Assembly: GCA_045106895.1 (NCBI GenBank)
Contig: JBGCFM010000046.1
Location: forward strand, 1 to 64,000
DNA from: Polyangiales bacterium
Lineage (GTDB): Bacteria; Myxococcota_A; Polyangia; Polyangiales; Houyiibacteriaceae
Direction: 5' to 3'
Length of the DNA stretch: 64,000 bases
In this document: piece after piece, positions 17,236 through 25,886 of the stretch
Numbering within the stretch: the first letter of the stretch is position 1
How the letters are laid out: every line of letters begins with the position of its first letter
Translations under genes and position numbers: made by a program
The notes under the pieces: model-generated
What the model saw: the letters and a program-made list of their open reading frames with translations, nothing else
What the model was told of the DNA's origin: nothing
Database searches by the model: none

Positions 17236-18587
17236 TCGGTCGCGAACTCGGCGAAGGCGGCCCAGATGTAGCTGCGCCAGGTCACCTGCGCGCCTTCCGC
17301 CGTCCACGGCATCCCTTCTTCGTGCCCGTAGTAAGGTGTCGTGAGTCGCCGCTGCGTGTTGTGGACCACCAGAGATGGCGCCGGCGACCCGATGAGAGGC
17401 GTGGTGGTACCGGGGATGGGCATCCGCGTTTCGGACTGGAATGTGTAGCCGAGGTCGACGGGGCCGAGGGGCAGGAACGCGGTGACGTAGTGAAGGTTCG
17501 AGGCGACGCTGGAGGCTCCGGATTGAAACGAGCCCAAGTCGCCAAGGCCGAGTTGCGGCATGAGTGTGTCGGCTCGATGCACCACGATTCCGGGGCCTCC
17601 GGGCATCTCGTTTGCGGCGACAAGGCCGGCGACGTTGGCGACGCTGGACTCATGCAAGAGGGCGACGACGTCGTAGGGGGAGTAATCAAACTCTGCGACG
17701 AGGGCGGCGCCATCGACACGAACAACGCTGAAGCCCCAACCCACCAGAATGGCCTCAAGTCGACCTGCGCCGAAACCTTCGACCACGAGGACGCTCACCC
17801 CGCAGGTGTCAGGGATACCGTCGCCGTCTCCATCGCTCATGTCCGCGCAAGGCTCGCCGCAGACTGCGTCCATGGAGTCGGTTCCCGGCGTCGCCAAGAA
17901 GAGGTCGCAGGTCGACCATGGTGCACAACGCGGCGCGTTGTCTGAGTCACTGAAGGTGCCCATCGCGCAGGACGTACATGCCGCGTCGGTGGTGGCTGTG
18001 CCCGCGGGGTCGAGGTACTCGCCGGGCACACAACGTGTGTGCGCACTGCAGTCGAGGGCATCTTGAACAACGCTGAAGGTCCCTGTTTCGCACGTGGCGC
18101 AGGCTTGGTCGGCGCTGGTGGTTCCCTCTTCAGAGACAAAGGTCCCCGGTTCACACGGCGTAAACTCGTCACACGACTCGGCGTTTAGCGTCGTCGAGAA
18201 TGAGCCGTTTGCACACGGGGAACAGGTTTGGTCCTGAAGCTCGCTGCCTGCGGCGCTCACGAACTCTCCTGCGACACACACGGTCCAGAGCGTGCACTCT
18301 GGAGCGTTGGCGAGGGTGGAGAAGGAGTTGACGCAGGGGACGCACGTTCGGTCCTCACTCGCAGAGCCAGCGAGGGCGTATTCGCCCGCGACGCACTCGG
18401 TCCAAGCTGTGCATGGCGTCGATGCATCGTCGTCGTCGTCGAAGGTTCCGGCGGCGCAGGTGGGGCCCGCGTCGAGTCCACCGTCGCCGAGGGAAGCATC
18501 CGGCGAGGCGCCATCGTCGCCACAGCCTACCACCATCGAAAGAACGAACACGCAAGTCGCGAGGTTCCGACACCGCTTAAAGATCAT
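17232..18587 (-). CDS. Lipoprotein with TNFR-like Cys-rich repeats
   Basis: Lipobox VVGC; about five ~41-aa repeats C..GTFS....A..C..WT.C..G......G....D..C. Confidence 0.8.
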   Translation of the reverse strand: MIFKRCRNLATCVFVLSMVVGCGDDGASPDASLGDGGLDAGPTCAAGTFDDDDDASTPCTAWTECVAGEYALAGSASEDRTCVPCVNSFSTLANAPECTLWTVCVAGEFVSAAGSELQDQTCSPCANGSFSTTLNAESCDEFTPCEPGTFVSEEGTTSADQACATCETGTFSVVQDALDCSAHTRCVPGEYLDPAGTATTDAACTSCAMGTFSDSDNAPRCAPWSTCDLFLATPGTDSMDAVCGEPCADMSDGDGDGIPDTCGVSVLVVEGFGAGRLEAILVGWGFSVVRVDGAALVAEFDYSPYDVVALLHESSVANVAGLVAANEMPGGPGIVVHRADTLMPQLGLGDLGSFQSGASSVASNLHYVTAFLPLGPVDLGYTFQSETRMPIPGTTTPLIGSPAPSLVVHNTQRRLTTPYYGHEEGMPWTAEGAQVTWRSYIWAAFAEFATD

Positions 18588-18655
18588 GCTTGTCGGTACT
18601 ACGTTGCGTAAGAGCAGTTCAGCGAGGCCCCTCCGCTACGCGGCGCGTCTCCCGC

Positions 18656-19048
18656 CTACTTGTCCGGGGGAACCATGGGCTGCCAGAGCTCCACTTTGTT
18701 GCCGTCCGGATCCATGATCCACGCGAAGAGACCGTTGTCATGAGTCTCGGGCCCTTTCTGAATCTCGACGCCCCCTTCGCGAAGCTGCGTGCACATCTCT
18801 TCGAGATCGTCGACGCGGTAGTTGATCATGAAGCTCGATTCGCTCGGCGCGAACCACTCCGTGTCTTTGTCCGCGACGTGCCAAACGGTGACGCCTCCGT
18901 CGTCCGACTTGTCCTGGTTCCAGTGCAGGAGCGCGCCGCCCCAGTCTTCCGCGTTCATGCCTAAGTGGCGCGCGTACCACGCCGCGAGCGCCTTGTTGTT
19001 GGAGCTGGACTTGAAGAACACACCACCGATGCCGGTCACTTTTGCCAT
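18656..19048 (-). CDS. VOC family (glyoxalase/bleomycin-resistance) protein
   Basis: MAKVTGIGGVFFK, WY..HLG, FMINYRVDDL, G.FAWI.DPDGNKVELWQP. Confidence 0.93.
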   Translation of the reverse strand: MAKVTGIGGVFFKSSSNNKALAAWYARHLGMNAEDWGGALLHWNQDKSDDGGVTVWHVADKDTEWFAPSESSFMINYRVDDLEEMCTQLREGGVEIQKGPETHDNGLFAWIMDPDGNKVELWQPMVPPDK

Positions 19049-19184
19049 GACGCCACGCTACGACAGGGACGCCGGAAGACCGCGAAAACAAAACGGGCGC
19101 CGGAAAACGTGTCTTTGCCCTGCGCAGTGCTCGTGGGTGGAAGAGTACGAAGCGTTCTTTGGCTCGCATCGCTGGCGAGCGCGG

Positions 19185-20198
19185 CTAAGCGCGCGCTTCG
19201 AAGGGGCCTTCGCGTCCTCCGAGGCCAGGCAACGTGAACTTGCCGACGGCGGACTGACATCCGTCCCAGTTGATCTGAACGTTCTTCGGGTCGAAGAGTG
19301 ACTCCTCGGGAGTGATGAGGTCCGGGAAGCCCGCCCACTGTTCGGGGCCGTAAAAGTTACCGCTCACGGCGGCGGGGTCCGCGCACGCACGAAGAATTCC
19401 GAGGGCCCCGTCTTCGGCAGACTGTGCCTTCGCCATAAAGGGGCTGTTTGCGTCCATGCCGCCACTGTTGGCCGACGTCGTCTGAAGACTCGTGAGAGCG
19501 AACCCAGGGTGGGCGAGGAGCGACTTCACGTTCGTGATGTTGTGCACGTCGAGAAGCTGCTTGATGCCGAAGGCGAAGGCGCAGTTGGCGAGCTTCGTCT
19601 GGTGGTAGCGCTCCCAACGAGGACCGGAGAAGCTCGCGGCTTCTTCTTCGCTTCCATCGCCACCGAGCTTGCCGCCGTTTTTGCCAAAGTACTTCGGCGC
19701 CAGAGGCGCACCGAGGCGGGCCATCGAGGTGTGCTGAACGACACGCGCGTCCTCGCTTTTGCGCAAGAGGGGAAAGAGCTTCTTGGTGAGCAGGAAGTGC
19801 GACAAGCAGTTGGTCTGCATCTGCACGTCGTAGCCATCCTTGGTGGCTTCGTCGCGGAGAGCCATGACGCCGGCGTTGTTGCAGAGGATGTCGAGTGACG
19901 TGTGTCTCGACGCGATGAACTCGGCGGCCTTTCGCACGCTCCCAAAATGCTGCAGGTCGCAGGTGACCTGCACAAACGTCCCAGCCGGCACTTCTTGCCT
20001 GAGCTTTGCAAAGGAGCGGGTGGAACGCTCGCTTTCGCGATTCAGGAGCAAGACGGTGGCGCCTAACTTCGCGAGCTCACGCGCGCATACGTAGCCCGTA
20101 CCGCTCGTGGTGCCCGTGATGGCGGCAACTTTGCCTGTGAGATCCTGCGTGTGCTTTTGGATGACGCTGTCGAGATGAAGGGTCTTGATGTCTGTCAT
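19185..20198 (-). CDS. SDR family oxidoreductase (paralog of 31837-32802)
   Basis: TGTTSGTG, LCNNAGVMA, YHQTKLAN, AHPG. Confidence 0.9.
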   Translation of the reverse strand: MTDIKTLHLDSVIQKHTQDLTGKVAAITGTTSGTGYVCARELAKLGATVLLLNRESERSTRSFAKLRQEVPAGTFVQVTCDLQHFGSVRKAAEFIASRHTSLDILCNNAGVMALRDEATKDGYDVQMQTNCLSHFLLTKKLFPLLRKSEDARVVQHTSMARLGAPLAPKYFGKNGGKLGGDGSEEEAASFSGPRWERYHQTKLANCAFAFGIKQLLDVHNITNVKSLLAHPGFALTSLQTTSANSGGMDANSPFMAKAQSAEDGALGILRACADPAAVSGNFYGPEQWAGFPDLITPEESLFDPKNVQINWDGCQSAVGKFTLPGLGGREGPFEARA

Positions 20199-20448
20199 GG
20201 CGAAGGCGGTCTAGCGCCGCGGGCCCACAAGTAAAGTGCCGCGGCTTTCGTTGACGGGGAACGAGCGCAAGGAAGAATGCTCACGCGGTAGCCGGATTCA
20301 ATGAGGTTGGATCCCGCTCTAGTGGCGCTGGGATCGAGGTCTCAGCGATGCAGGTTTGGATGCGGATTTGAAGGGCCAGCTCGCCAAAGGCGTGCTTAGA
20401 TATCGTGCGCTCCGCACTGACGGGGTCGCTTAGAGGAGGACTTATCTT

Positions 20449-21336
20449 ATGGACATCTCTCGAATCGCGGTCGTCGGATGCGGCCGAATGGGACGTGGCA
20501 TTGCGCTCTTGGCGGCGCAGCACAAGCTTCAAGTCATCGCAGTGCCGGGGCGCGCGGGTGGACAGGAGCGCTCGCGCGAGCGTTTCTCAGACGACCGTGC
20601 CCGCGTCGAAAAGCGGGGTGGCGCTGAAGCCGGGGCGGCGTTCGATCGCATCGAAGTGGTCGAGAAGATCGAAGACGTGACGGAGTGCGCGCTTTGGATC
20701 GAGTCCATCGTGGAGAGGCTCGACACCAAGCAAGCGACGCTCAAGGCCATCGAGGCGCACGTGGCTCCCGGCACCGTGATCGCGACAAACACCTCGTCGC
20801 TTCCCCTCGAAGTGCTCGCCGAGGCGCTCGCGCGTCCGGAGTCTTTCCTCGCGCTCCACTTCTTCAATCCAGCGACGCGCATGAAGCTTGTCGAGGTCGG
20901 TGCGACGGCGCAGACAGGCCCCGAAGCCGTGCGTGCCGCGAACGCATTCTGCGAGCAGATCGACCAGACGCCCATCGCCGTGCGTGCATCCCCTGGCTAC
21001 GTGGTCAATCGACTCCTGGTGCCGATGCTCCTTCATGCGATCCAGACCTTCGAGTCGGGCGTGGCCAACGCGGACGCCATCGACGCGGCGATGCAGCTCG
21101 GTCTCTCCCACCCGATGGGACCCTTGGCTCTTGCAGACTATATCGGCCTCGACGTGGTCATCGCGATGGCGACGACGATGCGCGAAGAGCTCGGCGATCC
21201 GCGTTTCGACCTGCCTCCTCTGCTCGTGAAGCTGGTGGAGCTTGAGCAGCTAGGGCGAAAGTCCAAGGTGGGCTTCTACGACTACCGCGGCAAAGACCGC
21301 ATCGTGAATAGCGCCCTCGCTGAGCTTATTTCATAG
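20449..21336 (+). CDS. 3-hydroxyacyl/3-hydroxybutyryl-CoA dehydrogenase
   Basis: G.G.MG.GIA, IESIVE, ATNTSSL, HFFNP, PGYVVNR, HPMGPL.LAD.IGLD, LGRKS..GFY; SD GAGGAGG upstream. Confidence 0.93.
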   Translation: MDISRIAVVGCGRMGRGIALLAAQHKLQVIAVPGRAGGQERSRERFSDDRARVEKRGGAEAGAAFDRIEVVEKIEDVTECALWIESIVERLDTKQATLKAIEAHVAPGTVIATNTSSLPLEVLAEALARPESFLALHFFNPATRMKLVEVGATAQTGPEAVRAANAFCEQIDQTPIAVRASPGYVVNRLLVPMLLHAIQTFESGVANADAIDAAMQLGLSHPMGPLALADYIGLDVVIAMATTMREELGDPRFDLPPLLVKLVELEQLGRKSKVGFYDYRGKDRIVNSALAELIS

Positions 21337-21346
21337 GGCCTCGGCT

Positions 21347-21658
21347 GTGAGTCGGAGCGCGTGGACGTTGGGTGTATTGCTTCTCGCCTGCACGGGGGAT
21401 GGTCATTTGCGAGGCCACGTGACGGCTTCACGAGACGGACAGACCTACCTTGCCATCGAAGATGACAACGGGGGTCACTGTGGCGACCTCATCGTCGACG
21501 GCGCCGTCTGGCGGCAACCCGTCGGAATCGCCGCGCGCATTTCGCCCGGCGTCCACGAGATCGACTGCGGAACCCTCGCGGACTATCGGTCCGCAAACGC
21601 CATTCAGTTTGACGTGCCAGCCGGCGTGGTCTTTTACTTCGACTACTGGGGTCCCTGA
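21347..21658 (+). CDS. Small hypothetical lipoprotein
   Basis: LLLAC lipobox; 103 aa ending FDYWGP. Confidence 0.65.
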   Translation: MSRSAWTLGVLLLACTGDGHLRGHVTASRDGQTYLAIEDDNGGHCGDLIVDGAVWRQPVGIAARISPGVHEIDCGTLADYRSANAIQFDVPAGVVFYFDYWGP

Positions 21659-21671
21659 TGCTCGCGCGTCG

Positions 21672-22520
21672 CTACATCGTGGGTCGGATGATGCGGTACG
21701 TCTGCGACACATCGTAGCCACGCTCTCGCCCGGCGCGTGGCGGGCCCCAGCCCGCATGGGAGATGGTGCGCGCATAGCCGCGTGACTGGTCTTCCCAGCC
21801 GACGAACATGACGCTGTGCGTGCCCACCGGCGTGCGGCCTGGGTCGTTGACGATGTAGAGCCAGTCGCCCGGTCGGATGAGACTGAGGTCAGCGTATGGG
21901 CCCTCGCGTTCAGCGCGATAGACAATGGTGCGCTTGCGCCAGCTGCGATGACCGGCGCGGGCGTAGACTTCGGACAAGTATGCGTAGCAGGAGCCTTGAA
22001 GGGTCTCGCCGCTGGAGATCATTCGGCGCGCCGTCAGAATCGTGTGCTGGCCCGGGTTTGGGTGAAGACGTGGTCCTGGTGGCGGACGAGGAGGCGCGCG
22101 TCGGCCGCGTCGGCGCGTACGGCGAGCAGAAGGGCGCTCTTCCGCGTCCGCTTCGACGACTTCTTCCGCCGGCTCTTCTTCGAAGGGCTTGACTGGCCCG
22201 ATGCGCACGCCGCTATCGAGGACGATGTCTTCTTCGTACAAGCCGGCGGCGGCGGCGTCCATCACGTCGATCTCGTCGAGGCGGTCGAGTTCGGCGATGT
22301 CCGGGACCGCCGCCCCGAGAGCCAGCGCCGGCGCTTCGAGTTCTTCGACCTGCGGAATCAGGGCCTCGGAAATAGGCTCTGTGGCGACGGCGGTCAGCGC
22401 CTCCGCGCGGGCTACCGCTTCCTGGGAGCGGGCTCTCTCGCCTTGGACGCCGGCATAGAGAGTACCGGCCATCGTGGCGCCGATGGTCGATGCGAGCAGC
22501 AAGATACGGAGCCCTTCCAT
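21672..22520 (-). CDS. Secreted/membrane-anchored protein with NlpC/P60-CHAP-like Cys-His domain
   Basis: Start MEGLRILLL (ATG 22520); C-terminal GSCY.Y...VY..AG ... IRPGDWLY.....THSVMFVGW. Confidence 0.65.
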   Translation of the reverse strand: MEGLRILLLASTIGATMAGTLYAGVQGERARSQEAVARAEALTAVATEPISEALIPQVEELEAPALALGAAVPDIAELDRLDEIDVMDAAAAGLYEEDIVLDSGVRIGPVKPFEEEPAEEVVEADAEERPSARRTRRRGRRAPPRPPPGPRLHPNPGQHTILTARRMISSGETLQGSCYAYLSEVYARAGHRSWRKRTIVYRAEREGPYADLSLIRPGDWLYIVNDPGRTPVGTHSVMFVGWEDQSRGYARTISHAGWGPPRAGRERGYDVSQTYRIIRPTM

Positions 22521-22533
22521 GGGCCGCTTACAA

Positions 22534-22549
22534 CGCAAGAGCCGTGCCG
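22534..22549 (-). promoter_or_regulatory. sigma54 (-24/-12) promoter
   Basis: Minus strand CGGCACGGCTCTTGCG (GG-N10-GC), placing the TSS 2-4 nt before ATG 22520. Confidence 0.65.
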
Positions 22550-22679
22550 ACGCAAACCTAGGGATTGCAGCGTCGAGCCGCGAACCATGGTTCACCAATT
22601 GGGGCGTTTCCGGTTCACAAACGCCCCGCGGGGCCCGCTGAACGGTGGTCGTTCCTGTCGAAAAATGCGATAATTCCCT

Positions 22680-23297
22680 ATGTACGACCCAAGCACGATC
22701 GAAGTGTTGGAGGGCCTTGAGCCAATACGCCGACGTCCCGAGATGTACGTCGGCGACAGGGGCCAAGCGGGGCTCAATATGCTCATCGCCGAGCTCGTGG
22801 GAAACGCCGCCGCTGAAGTCACAGAAGGGCACGCGACACGTGTTGAGGTGTCGTTGAGTGGCGACACAGTGGCCGTCGGGGACGACGGCAGAGGTAGTCC
22901 CGTCAAGGTCCATGAGCGCTACGGCGTATCGCCGCTGGAGGTGGTGTTCACGACGTTGTTTGCGTGTGGTTGCGGCTGCGAGCATGAACCAGGGCATCGG
23001 ACCGGCGAAGTGAGCGTAGGCCTGAGCGTCGTCAACGCGCTCTCCGCATGGCTCAAGGTCGAGACCACTCGGGATGGGCGCCTCTACCGGCTTGGTTTCG
23101 AAAAAGGCCAGGTGAGTCACCCACTTGAGGAGGTCGGCGAGACCGAGCGAAGAGGAACACGAGTGACCTTCGCGCCGGACCGCACCATCTTTGATGCAGA
23201 GGCTTGTCTCGACACGCCGTGGCTTGAGCAGCATCTTCGCGAGCTGCCTCTCGGGGAGGGAAGCATTGTGCTTAGGCGCGACGAAAACACAGTCTGA
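22680..23297 (+). CDS. Stand-alone GyrB/ParE-like N-terminal GHKL ATPase domain (205 aa)
   Basis: YD...I.VLEGLE.IR.RP.MY.G, ELV.NA..E, V.DDGRG.P, VG.SVVNALS, RDG, GT.VTF.PD..IF; ends before the transducer/TOPRIM regions. Confidence 0.85.
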   Translation: MYDPSTIEVLEGLEPIRRRPEMYVGDRGQAGLNMLIAELVGNAAAEVTEGHATRVEVSLSGDTVAVGDDGRGSPVKVHERYGVSPLEVVFTTLFACGCGCEHEPGHRTGEVSVGLSVVNALSAWLKVETTRDGRLYRLGFEKGQVSHPLEEVGETERRGTRVTFAPDRTIFDAEACLDTPWLEQHLRELPLGEGSIVLRRDENTV

Positions 23298-23384
23298 AGA
23301 GTCTGGTGTGTCCGCCGGCGCCGACGCGCGTTGTTGTTGGAGGGTGGTCTATCGAAGTTCCGGCGAAGTCGCTAAAGTCCGCTC

Positions 23385-24647
23385 ATGCGTGTGACTGGAT
23401 GGGTTCTTTTGTTCGCTTTGGGGTGCTCTTCGACGACGGCAACGCCGGACGACGCGGCGGCTTCGCCTGATAGCGAGTCGGATGCGGCCGGAGATGCGGG
23501 TGGGGATAGCGATTCGTCCACGGATTCGTCCATCGCAGACACCTCCACGGCAGACACGTCTACGGCAGACGCGGCGGCGAGTGATTCAGGGCGTGACGGT
23601 GGACCTCAAGACGCCGGGGCTCAAGACGGCGGACCTCGAGACGCTGGCATGGACATGGGACCAGACACTTCCGGGGATGCAGGGCCTCCCACGGCGGCGG
23701 GGTGTTTCGAGGCGCAGTTTGTCAACGATGCGACGCGGCTCGGACCCGACTACGATTCGATTCCCGGCGTGCGCATCGGCTCTCACTGCAACGGCACCGA
23801 CCACCAAGATATCTCCGGTATCGAGCGAGTGGTGTTCATCGGTGACAGCATCACCGTCGGCTCCCCACCGACCTTGAGCAACGACTTCTACCGCGTCGAG
23901 CTGGCGGAGCGACTCGCTGTGCGCTTTGGCCTCGAACGTGAAGAAGGCGTCCTGAACGGTTTTCGCTGGGAGCAGTGGGCGAACGCAAACCCCGTCAGCG
24001 GTATGAGCGTCGTCGAAACCGCGGGTGACTTTGCCAGCTGTGCCGAGTGGGGGGCGCGCGCCGACGACCTCCAGCGTGACGGCTCGCAACTGGAGGACTG
24101 TTTTCCGCCCTCGGCTCGCTCCCAACGGAACCTGGTGATTCTTACGGTGGGCGGCAACGACCTCAATAACCTGACGCAGGCCGCCATCGACGGCGCGATG
24201 CCCGACGAACTCTGGGCGCAGACGCGTGAGTATGTCGACCTCGTCCGCGAGGCCGTCGCGTGGCTCAAGGATCCCGTGCGTTTTCCTGCAGGGACCGATG
24301 TCGTCCTCGCCAACGTTTACGAGTTCACGGACGGCACGGGCGATGTCGGCGCTTGCGACACGGCGGTCATCACGGGGTTTGATGGCGATGCCATGGTCGG
24401 CGATACGCTGCGAGAGGTCGTCGTTTGGGCCAACCTTCAGTACATGGACATCGCCGTGACGACGGGGAGCGACATGATCTTTCTCCTCGAGACCTTCTGC
24501 GGCCACGGCTATCGACGCGATGACCCGGAAGGCCCTTGCTATCGCGGGCCCGGCCAGGACATCTACTTTGACCTGACGTGCATCCATCCAAATCCAAGAG
24601 GTCATGGTGTGATCTCGGACTTGTTCTTTTCCGTAGTCGCGGAGTAG
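23385..24647 (+). CDS. SGNH/GDSL hydrolase lipoprotein
   Basis: Lipobox ALGC, Asp/Ser-rich linker, FIGDSIT, GA, TVGGND, D..CIHPN. Confidence 0.88.
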   Translation: MRVTGWVLLFALGCSSTTATPDDAAASPDSESDAAGDAGGDSDSSTDSSIADTSTADTSTADAAASDSGRDGGPQDAGAQDGGPRDAGMDMGPDTSGDAGPPTAAGCFEAQFVNDATRLGPDYDSIPGVRIGSHCNGTDHQDISGIERVVFIGDSITVGSPPTLSNDFYRVELAERLAVRFGLEREEGVLNGFRWEQWANANPVSGMSVVETAGDFASCAEWGARADDLQRDGSQLEDCFPPSARSQRNLVILTVGGNDLNNLTQAAIDGAMPDELWAQTREYVDLVREAVAWLKDPVRFPAGTDVVLANVYEFTDGTGDVGACDTAVITGFDGDAMVGDTLREVVVWANLQYMDIAVTTGSDMIFLLETFCGHGYRRDDPEGPCYRGPGQDIYFDLTCIHPNPRGHGVISDLFFSVVAE

Positions 24648-24679
24648 CCATTCGCGGACCGCCGCGGAAGGAATGACCC

Positions 24680-25762
24680 CTATCGTTGTGCCGCGGGCGC
24701 GTCGCTTTCCAAGTGCGGCGTCTCGATGGGGAGTCGAAGCGTAAAGACCGAGCCGCCGCTCGGTGGACAGTGCACGCTGACGCTTCCGCCATGCTCTCGA
24801 GCGACGAGGTCGACGAACGCGAGTCCTAGGCCATGGTGTTCGAGGGTGGCGTCTTCTTTCGTGTCTCCACGAACGAACGCCTTGAACAGGAGCTGCTGCA
24901 CATCCTGCGGAATTCCGGGACCCTCATCTTCGACGTGAAAGAGCGCGCTGTCGCCGTCGATGAGCGCGCGAAGGGTTACGTGGCGCTTGGGCGGCGAGTA
25001 ACGGATCGCGTTGTCGAGCAAGTTGTCGAGGGCGCGACGCAGTAGGTCCGAGTCGCAGTCCAGCGTGAGCGAAGGAGCCACCACCAGATCCAGCTCCACG
25101 CCTTTGGGGTCCGCCAAGCCATGAGCCATGGCGACGCTCGCGCTGAGCGTCGGGACCACGTCCTGCGCACTGACCCGGCTCGGCACGTCGGAGGTCTGCA
25201 GGCGAGTGATGTCGAAGAGGTTGACGACCATGTCCCGCAGTCGCCGCGCCGCGTAGCGGGCGCTCGCCCACAGCTCGTCGTCGCTACCGCCCTTGGCTTC
25301 GTCGCCAAGGAGATCGAAGGCGAGAGTGACGATGGTCAGCGGGCTGTTCATATCGTGAGCGAGCATGCGTACGAGGTAGTCTTTGGTCCGTTCCACGGCG
25401 CGGGCGGCGCTCACGTCTTCAACGACCAGAAGACCGTAGGGCCGACCTTGAATGCGAAGCGCGTCGAGGCGGAGACGGACGTCGCGGGGCTCCTCGACGA
25501 AGGGGCGCGGAAAACGAAAGTTGACGAGCTTCTGAAGCGTTCCGTCTACAACCTGCGCTCGGTAGTCTGTCCCGAGACCCACGACATTCGTACAGGGAGC
25601 GACGTCTTCGAAGAAGTTGCGGCCGATCACCTGTTGGCGTTTGCGGCCTGCCATCTCCTCTTCGGCGCGGTTGTAGAGGACGACGTTGCCGAGCTCGTCG
25701 AGCAGCACCACGCCCACCGGGAGCGAGTCGAAGACGCTGCTCAAGAGGTCTCGATTGTCCAT
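24680..25762 (-). CDS. Photoactive yellow protein (PYP)-like PAS sensor histidine kinase
   Basis: PAS: FDSLPVG...LD..G....YNRAE...GR..VIGRNFFEDVAPCT; HisKA AHDMNSPL; HATPase NLLDNAIRYS, DEGPGI, GLGL. Confidence 0.88.
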   Translation of the reverse strand: MDNRDLLSSVFDSLPVGVVLLDELGNVVLYNRAEEEMAGRKRQQVIGRNFFEDVAPCTNVVGLGTDYRAQVVDGTLQKLVNFRFPRPFVEEPRDVRLRLDALRIQGRPYGLLVVEDVSAARAVERTKDYLVRMLAHDMNSPLTIVTLAFDLLGDEAKGGSDDELWASARYAARRLRDMVVNLFDITRLQTSDVPSRVSAQDVVPTLSASVAMAHGLADPKGVELDLVVAPSLTLDCDSDLLRRALDNLLDNAIRYSPPKRHVTLRALIDGDSALFHVEDEGPGIPQDVQQLLFKAFVRGDTKEDATLEHHGLGLAFVDLVAREHGGSVSVHCPPSGGSVFTLRLPIETPHLESDAPAAQR

Positions 25763-25886
25763 ACGACTACGTTGCTTAAACAGCTGTTCCACGTCAACAG
25801 TGACCTGTCGAAGGAGGGCATCCGCAGTGACGTCAATCCCCGCTCGCGGGGCGGACGCTGGGTGGCCACGTCGCGGCGCTCGCGCC

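Noticed and set aside
22602..22628. Hairpin GGGGCGTTT...AAACGCCCC as an ncRNA or riboswitch
   Set aside because: It is a single short stem in a divergent promoter region with no recognisable riboswitch consensus; insufficient support.
22521..23234. 520-aa ORF 21672-23234 as a single gene overlapping the GyrB fragment
   Set aside because: The upstream half is the antisense shadow of the GyrB-like gene; a sigma54 promoter and hydrophobic N-terminus support a start at 22520.
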